Shown here: piece after piece, positions 1-13,143 of the stretch | Layout of the letters: each line of letters begins with the position of its first letter | Numbering within the stretch: position 1 is the first letter of the stretch | NCBI RefSeq assembly: GCF_009914755.1 | Contig: NC_060947.1 | Length of the DNA: 64,000 nt | Strand: one strand, 5' to 3' | DNA from: the human T2T-CHM13v2.0 reference genome, Homo sapiens | Made by a program: the position numbers and the translations under genes | The notes under the pieces: model-generated | The model's database searches: none | Told to the model about the DNA's origin: nothing | Seen by the model: only the letters and a program-made list of their open reading frames with translations

Positions 1-256
1 ATTATTCAGATTTTAGAAAGGAAATATACTGCATATACCATATAATACGTAACATCCTCAGCTGGGGGCTGGGGCTGCACCCAACCATTAAAATTCTGCA
101 GTAAATGGATGACTGGTCACTCCAAGTGGGAAAAATAAAGACTATGAGTAGGCATATGTCAGTCCAGAACAAGTTTTATCACCCAATGAGTAATAAAACA
201 TTTTAGTTTTCAGAGCTTTTTGTATTTTAGAATGGCACATAAGGGTGTGGACTTCT
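1..256. mobile_element. Tigger-type DNA transposon fragment (MER46C-like)
   Basis: Terminal-like segment ttttcagagcttttt...ataagggtgtggac; family assigned by eye. Confidence 0.45.
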
Positions 257-708
257 ATCATGTTCTAGGAAAGAGAAATTAAGGTAAATAAGACACTATC
301 TGCTCGAGGAGCTCAAGTAGCAGAAAAGGGTTTGCAAACATACAGTGTTGACCAGACAACAGTGAAGATAGGATGAGAGCCATGCATTCGGCTTAAAGTG
401 TCAGAGTATCTGAAACGGGACAATCACTTCCCAAACAAGAGACTCAGGATCTTGTCAGAGAGGAAGAAAATGACAGTGGGCTTTGTACAATGTTCTAGGA
501 CACTGACCAGAGGAGTAGGATTGGGGTATGTTTCCCAATCAATCATCCCTGATAAGAATTTTGTGGGGCACCTGTTCATTCTATTATCTTCCCAGACCTC
601 TTCCCTGCAGATGTGAATCTTCAGATCTGAGGTGGGACCGGGAATCCATTTACTAAACACATACTCTGGTGATTCTCATCATCAGAGAAGCTTTAAAAAC
701 CTTAGTCT

Positions 709-1350
<642 letters not shown>

Positions 1351-1356
1351 CTAGGT

Positions 1357-1533
1357 CAGTGGTTCTCAGGCTTGAGTGGGCATTGGCATCAGGTGGAGAG
1401 CTTGTAAAAATAGATCAACTGGGCCCCACCCCCAGGGGTTCTGATTCTGTAGGGCTGGTATTTGCATTTCTAACAAGTTCCTAGGTGATGCTCCTGCTGC
1501 TGCTAGTTCTGGGACCACGCTGTGAGAACCACT
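1357..1533. mobile_element. MER5A (hAT-Charlie)
   Basis: TIRs cagtggttctc...gagaaccactg; internal tgcatttctaacaagttc. Confidence 0.85.
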
Positions 1534-1822
1534 GGTCTAGTAATGGGTATTAGCAAATGTTTAATTCCAGGAAGGAGCAAAACAGTTGTGGGGACCTGGA
1601 GGGTGGACAAGTATGGTGGTAGCACTGGGGGTGGGTGTGCCATATGCTAGATTTAGACAGGAACTCCAGTTCTGGGTCAGATTCTGAGGATCTGGGGCTA
1701 GTGAGGAGTAGTGAAATACATACTAGGCTTGTCATCTATTCAGTAAATAATAACTGAGCGTCCACTGCATGCCAGGCAGCAGGGATGCCACAATGCCCTC
1801 GTGGGGCTTACTACAGTCTATA

Positions 1823-2044
1823 CCAGCAGTTTGAAACTAGGGCTTCCCAGGAAATACTGGCAATACCTGGAGACAATTCTACTTATTAGAACTTGGCAGG
1901 GAATGGGGGTTGAGTGCTACTGGCATCTAGTGGGCAGAGGCCAGGGATGCTGCCAAACATTCTACAATGCACACAGAGGACAACGCCCACCAACAGACAA
2001 TGATCCAGCCCAAATGTCAATACTGCTGAGGTGAAGAAGCCATG
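1823..2044. mobile_element. MER20 (hAT-Charlie)
   Basis: tgctactggcatctagtgggcagaggccagggatgctg...gcccaaatgtcaatactgctgagg. Confidence 0.85.
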
Positions 2045-3530
2045 GTCTACATTTAAATTGAGACGGAGAAATGAAACACGATGTGTCCGTCAGTATGTCT
2101 GTCAACGCCAACCCAGTGTCTTCCTTTATGAAGAAGCTGACCATAACTCCAAACAACCACCTTCGGTCTCGGATGCTGTTGGGAATTTGACTTTCAAATT
2201 ATTTCACAAGTATGAATTATGACACCATTTAACCTCCTCTAAAAAGAGAAGTATATTTTAAAAAGAAGAAATGAAAATCTGACAAGCAAAGCCCTTCTTG
2301 TCTCTACAATGCAGCAGAGGCTGGATCACTGCTCCTCTCGATGGTACTTTCAGATGAGAAGCTCAGATGAGAAGCTCCTTGGAGAGTCTTTGGGAGAAAG
2401 AAAACCTACCAGGAAAACACAAAGGGAGTTAACCTTTTTCTCAAGAGGACTGTATTTGAAATGCAGATCTTAAGCCACACGGGTAGGCTGGGCACCCTCC
2501 TGGGAAGGCTCCCACTCTGAATCCAGACAGCAATGTCTGTATTGGGGAGCAAGTGATGAAAGGTGCTTCTTAGGAAGAGGTGGGTACCCCTGGGACATCA
2601 AGCATGAGGGGCTTCAGTACATGACAGGCATGGGAGGCACTAAAGGGGTGAATATGAGACATGCTGCAGCAAATTGGATGTGCCCAAATCCCCAGGCCCA
2701 AGAATGAGTGAGTTTGGGGGAGGATATGTGAGCAAAACCACTGAGTCTGAAAAAATAGGATCAGAGTTCCTGGGTATATATTATGAAGCTGAGGAAAACC
2801 CAACACAAGAGAGTTGACTCTTTTTTTTTTTTTTTTTTTTCCTATTTAAACATGTGGTGAGAAAGCAAAAATGAGCTGCACTGAGTAAGTAGCAATCTGC
2901 CCAGCCATTCTTGAGGCTGGGGCAACAGACACAGATAAGGCCACCTGCAAAGTGATCAGGAAACAGTGTTTCTCTCCCAAGCATATGCAGTAGTTGCAAA
3001 GTGTCCTTAACAACCCTCTTCTTGGAGTGCTCCTACTTTCTCACTCCCTGACAAAGTATGTGATTTTAGAGACAAACTACCAGAAACTTGGTTTTTAAAA
3101 AAATTATATCAGGAAGAATGAAACAGTCCACTCTGGCCTGAAGGCGCTAAGCCACTTGACCCAGAGAAGCAGTCTTCATTTCCAGCCCAAGTGCAGCGCC
3201 TCATGTAACGGGTTTCTGGACACAGCACTACACATCTATCTTCACTTGGTAGCTGCCAAAGAAACAGGACCTGAGTCCACCTCACAGTCAAGACCTGATG
3301 CTGACCCCTTGCCGTGCAGCCCTGCTTTGCCTTGAGCCTATCAAAACATAATTTCATTTACATTTCACTAAATTCCACCCCTTCTCAAAATCTGCAACGA
3401 CTTTTTTTTTTTTTTTAATTTTGCTTTTGCTTGGTGTAACATCCACACGTCCCCCGGTGTGCAGTCTCCCTGGTCACAACGAGCCAATAAACCTGAATTC
3501 GTCAGACTACAGCCTTGTCCCTGGTGGTCT

Positions 3531-4071
3531 TGAGGCAGAATAGGGTCTGGAGGCAGAGAACCTAAGGCCGATTCACGCTGACTTCCTAGAACTAAATCAA
3601 AAGGAAAATCCCAACTTTCCACACCTAAGTAACAAAAGGACCATAGGCTACTCCCTTTGCAAATCCCGCTCCTTTTCTGCGGGGCAGATGGAAAATTGAA
3701 AGTATCTCTGATTAGTTGCTTTCTGCAACCAATCAGATGTTTGCATAGAAGTGTAACTTTGTAGCTTCACTTCAGCCTCTGATTGGTTGCTTTCCACAAC
3801 CAATCAGACTGACTGTGGGCCACCATATTATTTACATAGGGTGTGTACCAAGTAACCAATGGGAAACCTCTAGAGGGTATTTAAACCCCAGAAAATTCTG
3901 TAATTTGGCTGTTGAGCCCCTATGCTGCTGTCCGCTCTGACCCTGTGGAGTGTACTTTCATTTTCAATAATCTCTGCTTTTGTTGCTTTACTCTTTCCTT
4001 GCTTTGTTTGTGCGTTTTGTCCAATTATTTGTTCAAGACGCCAAGAACCTGGACACCCTCCACTGGTAACA
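3531..4071 (+). mobile_element. Solo ERV1 LTR, MER51-like
   Basis: TG...CA termini (tgaggcagaatagggtctgg...ctggtaaca), 4-bp TSD gtct on both sides, repeated CCAAT boxes and TATTTAAA. Confidence 0.85.
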
Positions 4072-4260
4072 GTCTTAGGCCGATTGGGAGAGCAGTGGCT
4101 GGTAAGAAGAGAGGGTCTGGCAAGCCCCAAGGAACACCGGCAAGCCAAGGAACACCAGCAACCACTGCTAACCACTCAGACTCCAGAACATGCTCAAGTG
4201 TCTTACAGGAACAAATGTATTTTGTTTTGATTTTTTGTTTTGTTTTGTTTTTTCCCCTAG

Positions 4261-4706
4261 CAGAGAGCTCTGTAAGCTGGTGTTCTGAACATACTTTTGA
4301 AGGATGTTCCTTACCATTGTATTTCAAGTTTCATTATATGTGGTTTCCATATACAACTTTAAAAGCTAAATCTACTTGCTTCTGTAGAGATGCATTATGT
4401 GCTGTTTTCATATAGCGAATGGAACTGTTTTCCAAGCATAAAATTTCGTAAGCAAGTGTTTCAAACATGTTTTTGGGAGATGTTTCTAGCATTGCATCTC
4501 ATCGTGCATGAGGGCTTTATACATAAATGTTTTAGAGCTAAATCTAAGCATACTTTTTAAGAGATACATTATGTGCTGTTTTCCTACAGTGAATGGAACT
4601 GTTTTCCATGCAGAGGGCTCTTAAAGTAGGTGTTTGGAACATACTTTCGAAAGATGTTTCTTACCATTGTGTTTAAGGTCTCATTGTGAGGGGCTTACAT
4701 ATACAG
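4261..4706. repeat. Diverged tandem repeat, about 175-bp period, about 2.5 copies
   Basis: gaatggaactgttttcca at 4417 and 4591; cattatgtgctgttttc at 4393 and 4567; cagag(a/g)gctc at 4261 and 4611. Confidence 0.85.
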
Positions 4707-4764
4707 GTATATGTACACTTGGCAAAGGGGACCAATGGCTAATAGCTTTTTAATTTTTATATAT

Positions 4765-5056
4765 ATTTTTGAGATAAGGTCTCACTCTGTCACCCAGACT
4801 GGAGTGCAGTGGCACGGTCGTGGCTCACCACAGCCTTGGACCTCCTGGGCTCAAGTGATCCTCCTGCCTCAGCCTCCCAAGGAGCTGGGACCACAGGCAT
4901 GTGCCACCATGCACAACTAATTTTTTCTATTTTTTGTAGAGACAGGGTCTCACTGTGTTGTCCAGGCTGGCCTCAAGCTCCTGGGCTCAAGAGATCCTCC
5001 CGCCTCGGCCCCCACGAAGTGCTAGGATTACAGGCATGAGCCACCGTGCATGGTGC
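4765..5056 (-). mobile_element. AluJ
   Basis: Reverse Alu with ctcctgggctcaag J-type segments. Confidence 0.9.
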
Positions 5057-6212
5057 TAACGGCTTTTAAAAAACTGTGCAATCTACAGCCTGATAAATCA
5101 TAAATCATTTATACTTCTCCATTTGCTCAACCACCACTTTTTATGTGCCCACTGAATCCATGGCACTTTTCTAGGCTGCATGGTGGGGATATCAAGTAGA
5201 AGATACAGCCTCAACCTAGAGGGACCAATGATCTAATGATAGCAACAAGGTTCCATTTGTTGCCATCACAGATGAGAACTCCTAAGAAGCAAGTCAATGA
5301 ACAAAGGGATTGCAAAGGCGGTATGAGTGTCCAGTTAGGAAGTGAGATGAGGTTCAGCAGGGAAAACAGCCTTTGTCCTGCAGTCATAATTTATGCAGAA
5401 GCCTGATCTGCCCTTGTACAAATTCTGTCAAGGATTTTTCCCCCCAACCCACCTGTTCAGCTGGTCTTCTGAATCTGTAAGACTGAACTATTTTTCAGAA
5501 AAATATTCAATAGCCCTTTGGGCTATTTTTCTATCCCACAGAGGCCACAAATCTGTATCAATTATAATAAGAAAGAGGGAAACTCCAGATGTGGTGAGCT
5601 GGAGGAACCTCAGGGCACTTCATTATGAATATTTAGACAGTTTTCCTCTTGTTATGAAAATTATGTCAATCTGTTCCCCAGCATGAGTTTCTGATGAATT
5701 TCAATATCATAAAAGCTTTTTTTTTTGAGAGGGTGGGGATGATAATGTTGTTTAACTAAATCCTGATCAGCTGAGTTTCACTTTCACTCAGAAAATACCA
5801 ACTCATATCAACATTTTTAAAATCATCACAACTCTTAACCCTGATGTGAGCTAGTATTTTAGCATGCTAAGGAGACAGACATCTACGCAGGAAGGAGCTG
5901 CCCTCTTCTGCACTGCTGGGCAATTTTTGTTATAGTTTGTCTTCTGGCCAGAAGGAAGAGGGAAGGAGGTTGCTCAGATCCCAAGCTCAGGGTCATTTCT
6001 AATATGTAGTTGTTCAGTTACTCTGTGGCCTGTTACCTAAACATAGGTGTCGTATCAAAATCCCGAAGCAGGGAAATGGTCCAAATGAAAGGGGCTTTTT
6101 AGGGGGCTTCTTAGGGGTCTGGGGTGGCACTAAATGGAAATCATGGAAGAACAATTACCCCAGAATTTGCTCTTGACAACTGGAGACAGTGTGTGTGGGC
6201 TGAAACTGAAGA

Positions 6213-6453
6213 ATTTTTTATTTTTTTTTTTTTTATTTTTTTTTTTTTTTGAGACAGGGTCTCACTCTGCCACCCTGCTGGAGTGCAATGGTATGACCTT
6301 GGCTCAATCACTGCTGCTTCAACCTCCTGGGGTAATCCTCCCATGTCAGCCTTCCAAGAAGCTGGTCTCAAACTCCTGGGCTCAAGTGATCCACTTGCCT
6401 CACTCAGCCTCCTAAAGTGCTAGGACGACAGCTGTGAACCACTGTGCCCAGCC
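6213..6453 (-). mobile_element. AluJ with internal deletion
   Basis: Poly-T then gagacagggtctcactctg; the middle A-rich region is missing. Confidence 0.85.
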
Positions 6454-7094
6454 CAACTGTAGAAATTCTTATCCTGGTGTCTATGAAAAATGTCTGTCAA
6501 TAAACATCCCTCAAGCCTTTGATGACAGTAATAATTCCCTTTCCTGACCTGCTACCATTTACAGGCATATTAACATCTATACCCAAAGACACCTTTCTCA
6601 TATTCCTACTGAATTGTTCACATCTTCCTTTTGGCTCTTCCATCAGCTGTTTAATTTTTGAATGCAGAAACCTTCCCCTCTGAATTGTAAAGCTTTTAGA
6701 ACTGAATGAGAGGATGAAGATGCTGGGATAAACCCTGGGGTTTATCTCTAGTATAACCCTCTGACTTCACAGACAATGCAGATGATGAAGAGGAAGGCCA
6801 AAGGAATAAAATGACTTGCCCAAGTTCACATGGCTAGCTAATAACAGAGCTGGTCCTAGAATATGGGCTTCCTATAAACCCACTCTTTTGAGTAACCCAT
6901 CCCCCACCATGCTGTTCCTAGAGGGCCAGGTATGTGGATGTAGTTAATAGACGCTTTTAGGACTGAACAAGGCTTGGGCTGGAGCCAGGATTCTCCCACA
7001 TGCTTAGGCAAGCTGAGCATTTGGAACTGTGTTCATTTTCAAGCCCAGGAAGCCCCTCTTGGACCCCAGAATTACTCTAAAACTATACTGTCCA

Positions 7095-7446
7095 CAGGGA
7101 GTAGGCAGACAGTTACCAGAGGCTGGGAAGGGTAGTTGGGGGCTGGGGGGTAGGAGGGATGGTTAATGGGTACAAAAAATAGTAAGAATGAATGAGACCT
7201 AGTATTTGATAGCACAAGAGAGTGACTATGGTCAATAATAACTTAATTGTACATTTTAAAATAAAGAGTGTAACTGGATTGTTTGTAACTCAATGGATAA
7301 ATGCTTGAGGGGATAGATACCCCATTCTCCATGATGTGCTTATTTCACATTGCATGCCTGTATCAAAACATCTCATGTACCCCATAAATATATACACTTA
7401 CTATGTACCCACAACATTGTTTTAAAAAGAAAATATTTTAAAAAAT
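7095..7446 (+). mobile_element. L1 3' end (L1MA-type) inserted at the start of a MER33
   Basis: ggatggttaatgggtacaaaaa...catctcatgtaccccataaat; degenerate TSD aaaactatactgtcca / aaaactacactttcca. Confidence 0.85.
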
Positions 7447-7450
7447 AAAA

Positions 7451-7769
7451 CTACACTTTCCAATATGGTTGCCACTAGGCACACATGACTATTGAGTGCT
7501 TGAAATGTAGCTACTCCAAATTGAGGTATACTATGCCTATGAAATACATATGGGATTGTGAAGACTTCACATGAAGAGAGCAATGAAAGTATCTCATTTA
7601 ATAATTTTACGTAGATAACATGTGGCGATAATATTTGGATATATTGAGTTAAATAAAAATACATTAAAATTAAGTCCAATTGTTTTTCCTTTTTTTTTAA
7701 ACATGGCTACTAGAAAATTTAGAATTACATATGTGGCTCACACATGATATTTCTATTGGCTAGCACTGT
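7451..7769. mobile_element. MER33-like (hAT-Charlie)
   Basis: tccaatatggttgccactag...attacatatgtggctcac...tatttctattggctagcactg. Confidence 0.75.
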
Positions 7770-8312
7770 TCTAAAACACAGTTAACCCCTCCCATTCATT
7801 AGCCTAATCCTTCCAAAAAGACTTGAGCCTCCTGCCTGCAGACATGCAGTGGTATCTGGAGATATTCAAGCAGAGATGTGTTGAAGATACCAGTGGGAAG
7901 TCAAGGGTAAGTAAAATTGGTCAAGTTCAAGTGGTTAGGCCTCTCCGACCTGAGGGCTCGTGAATCCCTAAAGCGCTTAATTTGCCACTCTCTAAAATCT
8001 TTCAGCCACCTTAACTGTGCAAAGTGCTTGTTATATATGGATAAACCCTAGCTCTTCATACGAGTGAGATACATATAGCAGGAGAGAACCACGTTCTGTA
8101 ATAAGGGGAAAGAAAAAAACAAAAACAGGAGTTCTGAATCTAACCTGTGCCCACCCTAATGGTGGGGAATTGAATGAAATACAATTGTGTACATTTTTCT
8201 GATGCGTTTGCAAAAGCTATCAAGGTTATATAGGGATTTCTAAAAAACATTTCTGTTATTGGGAAATCCTTAAATGCTTTTAAATGTGAAACAGATAACT
8301 AAGGAAACTCAC

Positions 8313-8388
8313 TCTTTGTCCTGCTGTCCATTTCTGTTTTTGATGAGTCTGGAGTTGCTGTAGTTGCAGGTAACTTCTTCCCAATAGT
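8313..8388 (-). CDS. SH3KBP1: SH3KBP1 constitutive exon (exon 7), 76 nt
   Basis: tgtttttcccctcag|ACT ATT GGG AAG...ACA AAG A|gtgagt. Translates TIGKKLPATTATPDSSKTEMDSRTK(S), continuing VEK from exon 6. Missed by the ORF track. Confidence 0.97.
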
Positions 8389-10677
8389 CTGAGGGGAAAA
8401 ACAGATGATTTTACTTATCAAGATGATTGTCTCCATTAAGCAAAGGAATAAGATCCAGATCATAATGACAAAATGCTCGAAATTGGTTTAAAAAGCCACA
8501 TTCTTTGGTTTATGCCCTGCTCTGTATACTGGCTGCCCCCCTTTAATAGGTTTCATCCTCAATGACAAACAAGGGAGAAAAATAGGTAAAAAGGGCTTTA
8601 TCCTTGTAGGCACTTAGTAGCGTTTATTCTCTTTCTTCCTTTATACTCTTATAAAAGGTTGACTATTTTTAGCAAAGAAAACAGGCATAGTTCCCCTCAG
8701 TTTATGAGAAGCTGACTCAGTCTATGGAGGTACAATAGCTGGCCCAACGGAGATGCTCAAAAGTCACTGCAGGCTGGAAAAATGGAAGTAGGAGGGAAGA
8801 AATCAAAAGGAAGGGATACAGGAATGGAGGCCCAGGAGGGCAGGACGGGCAGGCAGGTGGATGGGCAGGCAGAAGTCAGGATGTCCAGGACAGTGTACCC
8901 TATTGCATCTCTGTCTAGCCATCTAGAATTCCACCTGCCTCCCAGAGAAAGGGGAGATACTCTCATGTCCTCTAAACAGATCTACCTGCCTGCCACAAAG
9001 GCAAAAATGAGTCCACCAAGCAGCTCTTTTCCTTATAGTCTTTTAAGCCTCCAAGGGCTTAGAAAAAATCCAGCGCCTCAGACCCTATGCTTCCACTGAC
9101 TAGTTCAAAAAAAGAAAGATTATGAGTTTGTTTTGAGTTCATTTCCTTTCCTTCATTTGCGGCTAATTCTATTAACATTATTTATGAACTGTCCATAGAG
9201 AAGACTGGATCTTATCTCTGCCTAAAGATGTTCCTAAAAACACAGGCAACTCAGCAGCTCAAAAATAGAAAGAAATATACAGATCCATTGGTTCCCAAGG
9301 CGAGGTCTGTTCCCACTCTTCCCCTTTGCTACCACACGTGTGTGATCATGATTGATGCCTGAGGGAAAATGTCTATTGATACCAGGGCAACAGCTGTCAC
9401 GACCACGTAGCTGGGGAAATCAACCTCTCCTGCAACAATGAAGGGTTTTGCCAGTGAGAATTCCAGCCACTGGGAAAATCAAACATCTCTGGCCCTTGAA
9501 CACATGAAGAGGAATGAACTGCATAATTCAAAAACTGGCATGGTAGAATTTTTCTTCAAAAAAAACTGATTCACCACAGTTTTTAATTTGAAAAAGTTAT
9601 TCATGCTTCAAACGTTGAACCCAACATTAAATATGAATAAATCACAGAAAGAGGATAAGATAAATCAAATCCTCAGCCCTTCATGAATTTTTAAAAACAT
9701 TTGTGACAGAAAGCCTTTACGTCTTACACGGTGACATTTTTATTTAGTGCCGCAGGGCCTTCTGTATTGGATAAAAAATGGAAACCAAAATAATATGCCA
9801 CCTCTAAACTGCCGCTAAGTACTCAAACTAATAACATTTGATGATTCCAGGGGAACATCAGGGATGAAAAAAGCTTGATGTTATTCTGGCATCAGGTCAA
9901 ATTTGATGAAAAACTGTTCTTAGAATTATTTTGAAAAATCAGGTACCGATAGTAAAAATAGCAGCTCTCAAAGTGTTCATTTCATTCACATTCCTGTTCA
10001 CACTTCTAGCAGCATCCCTGCCAACATATTTGTTTTTCCCTTTGTGGGGCTGGAATAAAGCATCACCATTGTTAACACATTAGGAAGAGGAAAACAAAAA
10101 CAACCAGTGCTTCTGGTATCACTGAACAAAGAATTCAGGAAAGGCAATAGTAAACACTGTCCCTACTCCTGACTTTGTTTGCTTCCCTGAAAAAAAAAAA
10201 AAAGGACACATGTAACGGTTTGGGCATTAAACCAACAGGTTTAGAGAGACCTTCAACAGGTTGCACATTTTTACAACTTCCCCTTCTTTAGTAACAAAAG
10301 AAAGTATTGCCCATCATCTTTGATATCCTGGCTTACCAAAACTTCCAAGCTACCAGACATCAAGCAAGGCCACCAATTCAATGCACTTACTTTGGTACAG
10401 AAGGACACAAAAAAGTAAGGCTCACTGTGGTTTGTTTCCTTCCTATTTCAGAAAACACAGCACACTGGCCTCTGCATGGATCCCAGCGACAGGGGTGATG
10501 GTGAAGCTGGTATTATCCTCATCTTCTGGGAAGTGCTGGCCTTAAATCTTCCCTTCTCCTTCATGGGCCATAGTTAAAAGTCTAGAATATGGCAAAGTTT
10601 CTCCCCATCTCAGCCTGTTCCTGCCAGTGCTCCGGAGATGGGAATTGGCCTAGTGTTTCTCTTGTCTCTAGGACCCA

Positions 10678-10853
10678 GACCTAGAGAAGTGTGGTCCCTG
10701 CACCAGCAGCACCTGAGAACTTGTTAGTAAAGCAAATTCCCAGGCCCCACCCCAGGCTTTCTCAATCAGAAACTCTGGGGATGGTTCCCAGCAGTCTCTA
10801 GGAACACACCCTCCGTGGGATTCTGATGCATGCTCACATTTGAGAACCACTGA
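10678..10853. mobile_element. MER5A
   Basis: gcaaattcccaggccccaccc...aatcagaaactctggg...tttgagaaccactg. Confidence 0.85.
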
Positions 10854-11156
10854 CCTAGATGTGGGAGGGAGTCCATTAGTATTAATCAAATGCCTTTTCT
10901 TGGATTAAAACTTCAGGGGCCTATTCTCATACCTAGATAAATTATGAAACATCTTTTTAACTCTTCTCCCTCTCTTCTCTCTCTCCTTTCCCACCAAACA
11001 CATCTGCCTTCTCTATTCTCACTGGCCTAAGAACTTGTCATTGCTACTAAATGACTCAGTTCAGAGAGGAACTTGAGTACAGTAGATCAGACAATGTGAC
11101 AACATTGCTGAGGGAAACATGGGGGAGGATAGTTGGCCACTGAAGGGATGGGTAGG

Positions 11157-11413
11157 TGGAAGGAAGGAGGAGGACAGAAAGAAAGAGAAAGAGGGAAGGA
11201 AAGAAGGAGAAGGAGGGAAGGAAGGAGAAGAAGAAAGGAAGGGAAGAAGAAAAGAGAAGGAGGGAAGGAAGGAAGGAAGGAGGGAAGGAGGGCAAGAGGG
11301 AGGAGGGAAGGAAGAAAGTTAGAAAGATGAAGGAAGGAAGGAGGGAAGGAAGGAAGGAGGGAAGGAGGGAGGGAAGGAGGGAGGGAAGGAAGGAAAGAAA
11401 GGAAGAAAGAAAG
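11157..11413. repeat. GA-rich polypurine tract of impure (GGAA)n/(GGGA)n
   Basis: About 255 nt almost entirely purine on the plus strand. Confidence 0.95.
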
Positions 11414-13143
11414 GTGGCTTTGAACCAAAACTGGAAGGCTGTATCTAGCCTCTCTGGGGACAGACTGCCCAGAAGGCTAAGCAGGCAGACTCTCATGACT
11501 GTATGAGCCTTCATAGAGGCCCAAATCCTGTTTCTCCTTCTCAGTGTTACCCTTTACTGGCATTTTAGGTGAGGTGTTTCTTCAGGTAGAAGACTGGCTC
11601 ACACATTAAAGGACATTTAGCAACCCTTGCCACTACCCACTCAAAGTCTATAGTGTCCCCCAGTCATTGCATGTACCCTGAACACCACACACCTTTCCAA
11701 ACATCCCTAGTTGAGAACCTCTAGCCCCCGCCCTTCCCTACATACAGGAGCAAAGAAAAACGGTGGTGAATTATTGCTTTCCCGTCAGCCTTCCAGCTTC
11801 CCTCTACCTCTGAAAACATCTTTGGCTAATTGGGCTTAAAATGAATAGAATCCCAAATTTCAAAGGGCATGCCTCATGAACGCAATGTCTAGCTCCAGTA
11901 CACAGATATCTCATGGATAACTGAAGGTCAGCTACACTGCAGGGCTAAGTGGACAGAACAATCAGGAATCGCATCCATACATCTCTCCTCCAACTAGAAG
12001 GCAACAAAGAGGGATGTTAGGCTTGCAGTGGCTGGGGAAGAGGATACAGGATCTCCCCTTTGGCTTCCTCCACAGTGTTCTTGCTCCCCTGAGTGCCTTA
12101 AGGAAGGTGGCTTATCCACGACAAACACCAGCCATGCACTAAGGGGCTGTGTTGACATGCTCAGGACACAGCCCATTCACCTCCCGGGGGATCTGGAAAC
12201 AGACCCATTTTGCCATATGACTTTATAGAACAGACTCTCAGGTTCTTCTCCCTAACTTGGCCCATTATTTCCTCTTCCTTCTGTGAGGCAGCTGAAGACT
12301 TCCCAGTACACACACCCACATTAGTCAGATCTGCTTGGTCTGGGAAAGGATGTGCATGTGGTTGGATGGATAGAGCTGTATCTGTATCACTGTGGATCTT
12401 CTTCTACACATGGTAATTACCAGGCTGCTGTCAACTTTTGTCTTTCTTGCCACATACCTATCTCCATTTAAAACCTGACTTTTAAAAATCAATAATTCAG
12501 AAAGTTCATTCCTTTGAACATTTAATAATGTAACTACCTCTCCAATTTGCTGTCTTGCCAAAAGCACTAAATAAACGTTTCAGGATTTTCGTGTACAGTG
12601 GGAGTATCATATGTACTCCTAGCGCTACAAGATCCAGTGGTACAGCATCAAGACAGATAACCACCATATGATTTCAGTTAGTGGAGCAACTAATTTGTTT
12701 TCTCTGCCAAAATGAAGAAACTAATGCTTACGGGAAAGGCAATCGCTGGATTGGAGTCCAGGGGAATCTAGTTCCCAAATGACTAATGTATTTGTTTCTT
12801 TGTGACTGCAGAACGTGAGACCAAGATCCTGCTCAAATCAAGAGTATAAAATTCCTTCTCCTACTTTATTCCAATTCACATGCAAACTCCAAGCTTCCAA
12901 TTATAGGACAATGCTAAGGAGAAGAAAATCTCTGAAAATCTCCTCTCCAAGAATACCACATACAACTCTCATATCACAAAGGCAGCCAGGTTCAATGGGT
13001 AGTGGGAGCAGAGAGAGAGAGAGCTCCTTGCATTCTAGCAGCTGATAAAGCTCCCCTGTCCAGAGGCCTGGCTTTCTGGCAGCTATTATAAGAAGAAGAT
13101 GGTGGTCTGAGAAGCTATCCATAGATAGTACTCAAACACTCAC

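Noticed and set aside
3870-4415. ORFs of 100-167 aa on both strands
   Set aside because: They overlap the LTR 3' half and flanking sequence, with no gag/pol/env similarity or exon structure.
4261-4706. Alpha-satellite or CRISPR interpretation of the 175-bp repeat
   Set aside because: No convincing alphoid consensus or CENP-B box; units are homologous along their length, so there are no unique spacers, and the DNA is eukaryotic.
11056-11514. Long overlapping ORFs rich in E/G/R/K or L/P/S/F
   Set aside because: Artefact of the stop-free GA-rich low-complexity tract.
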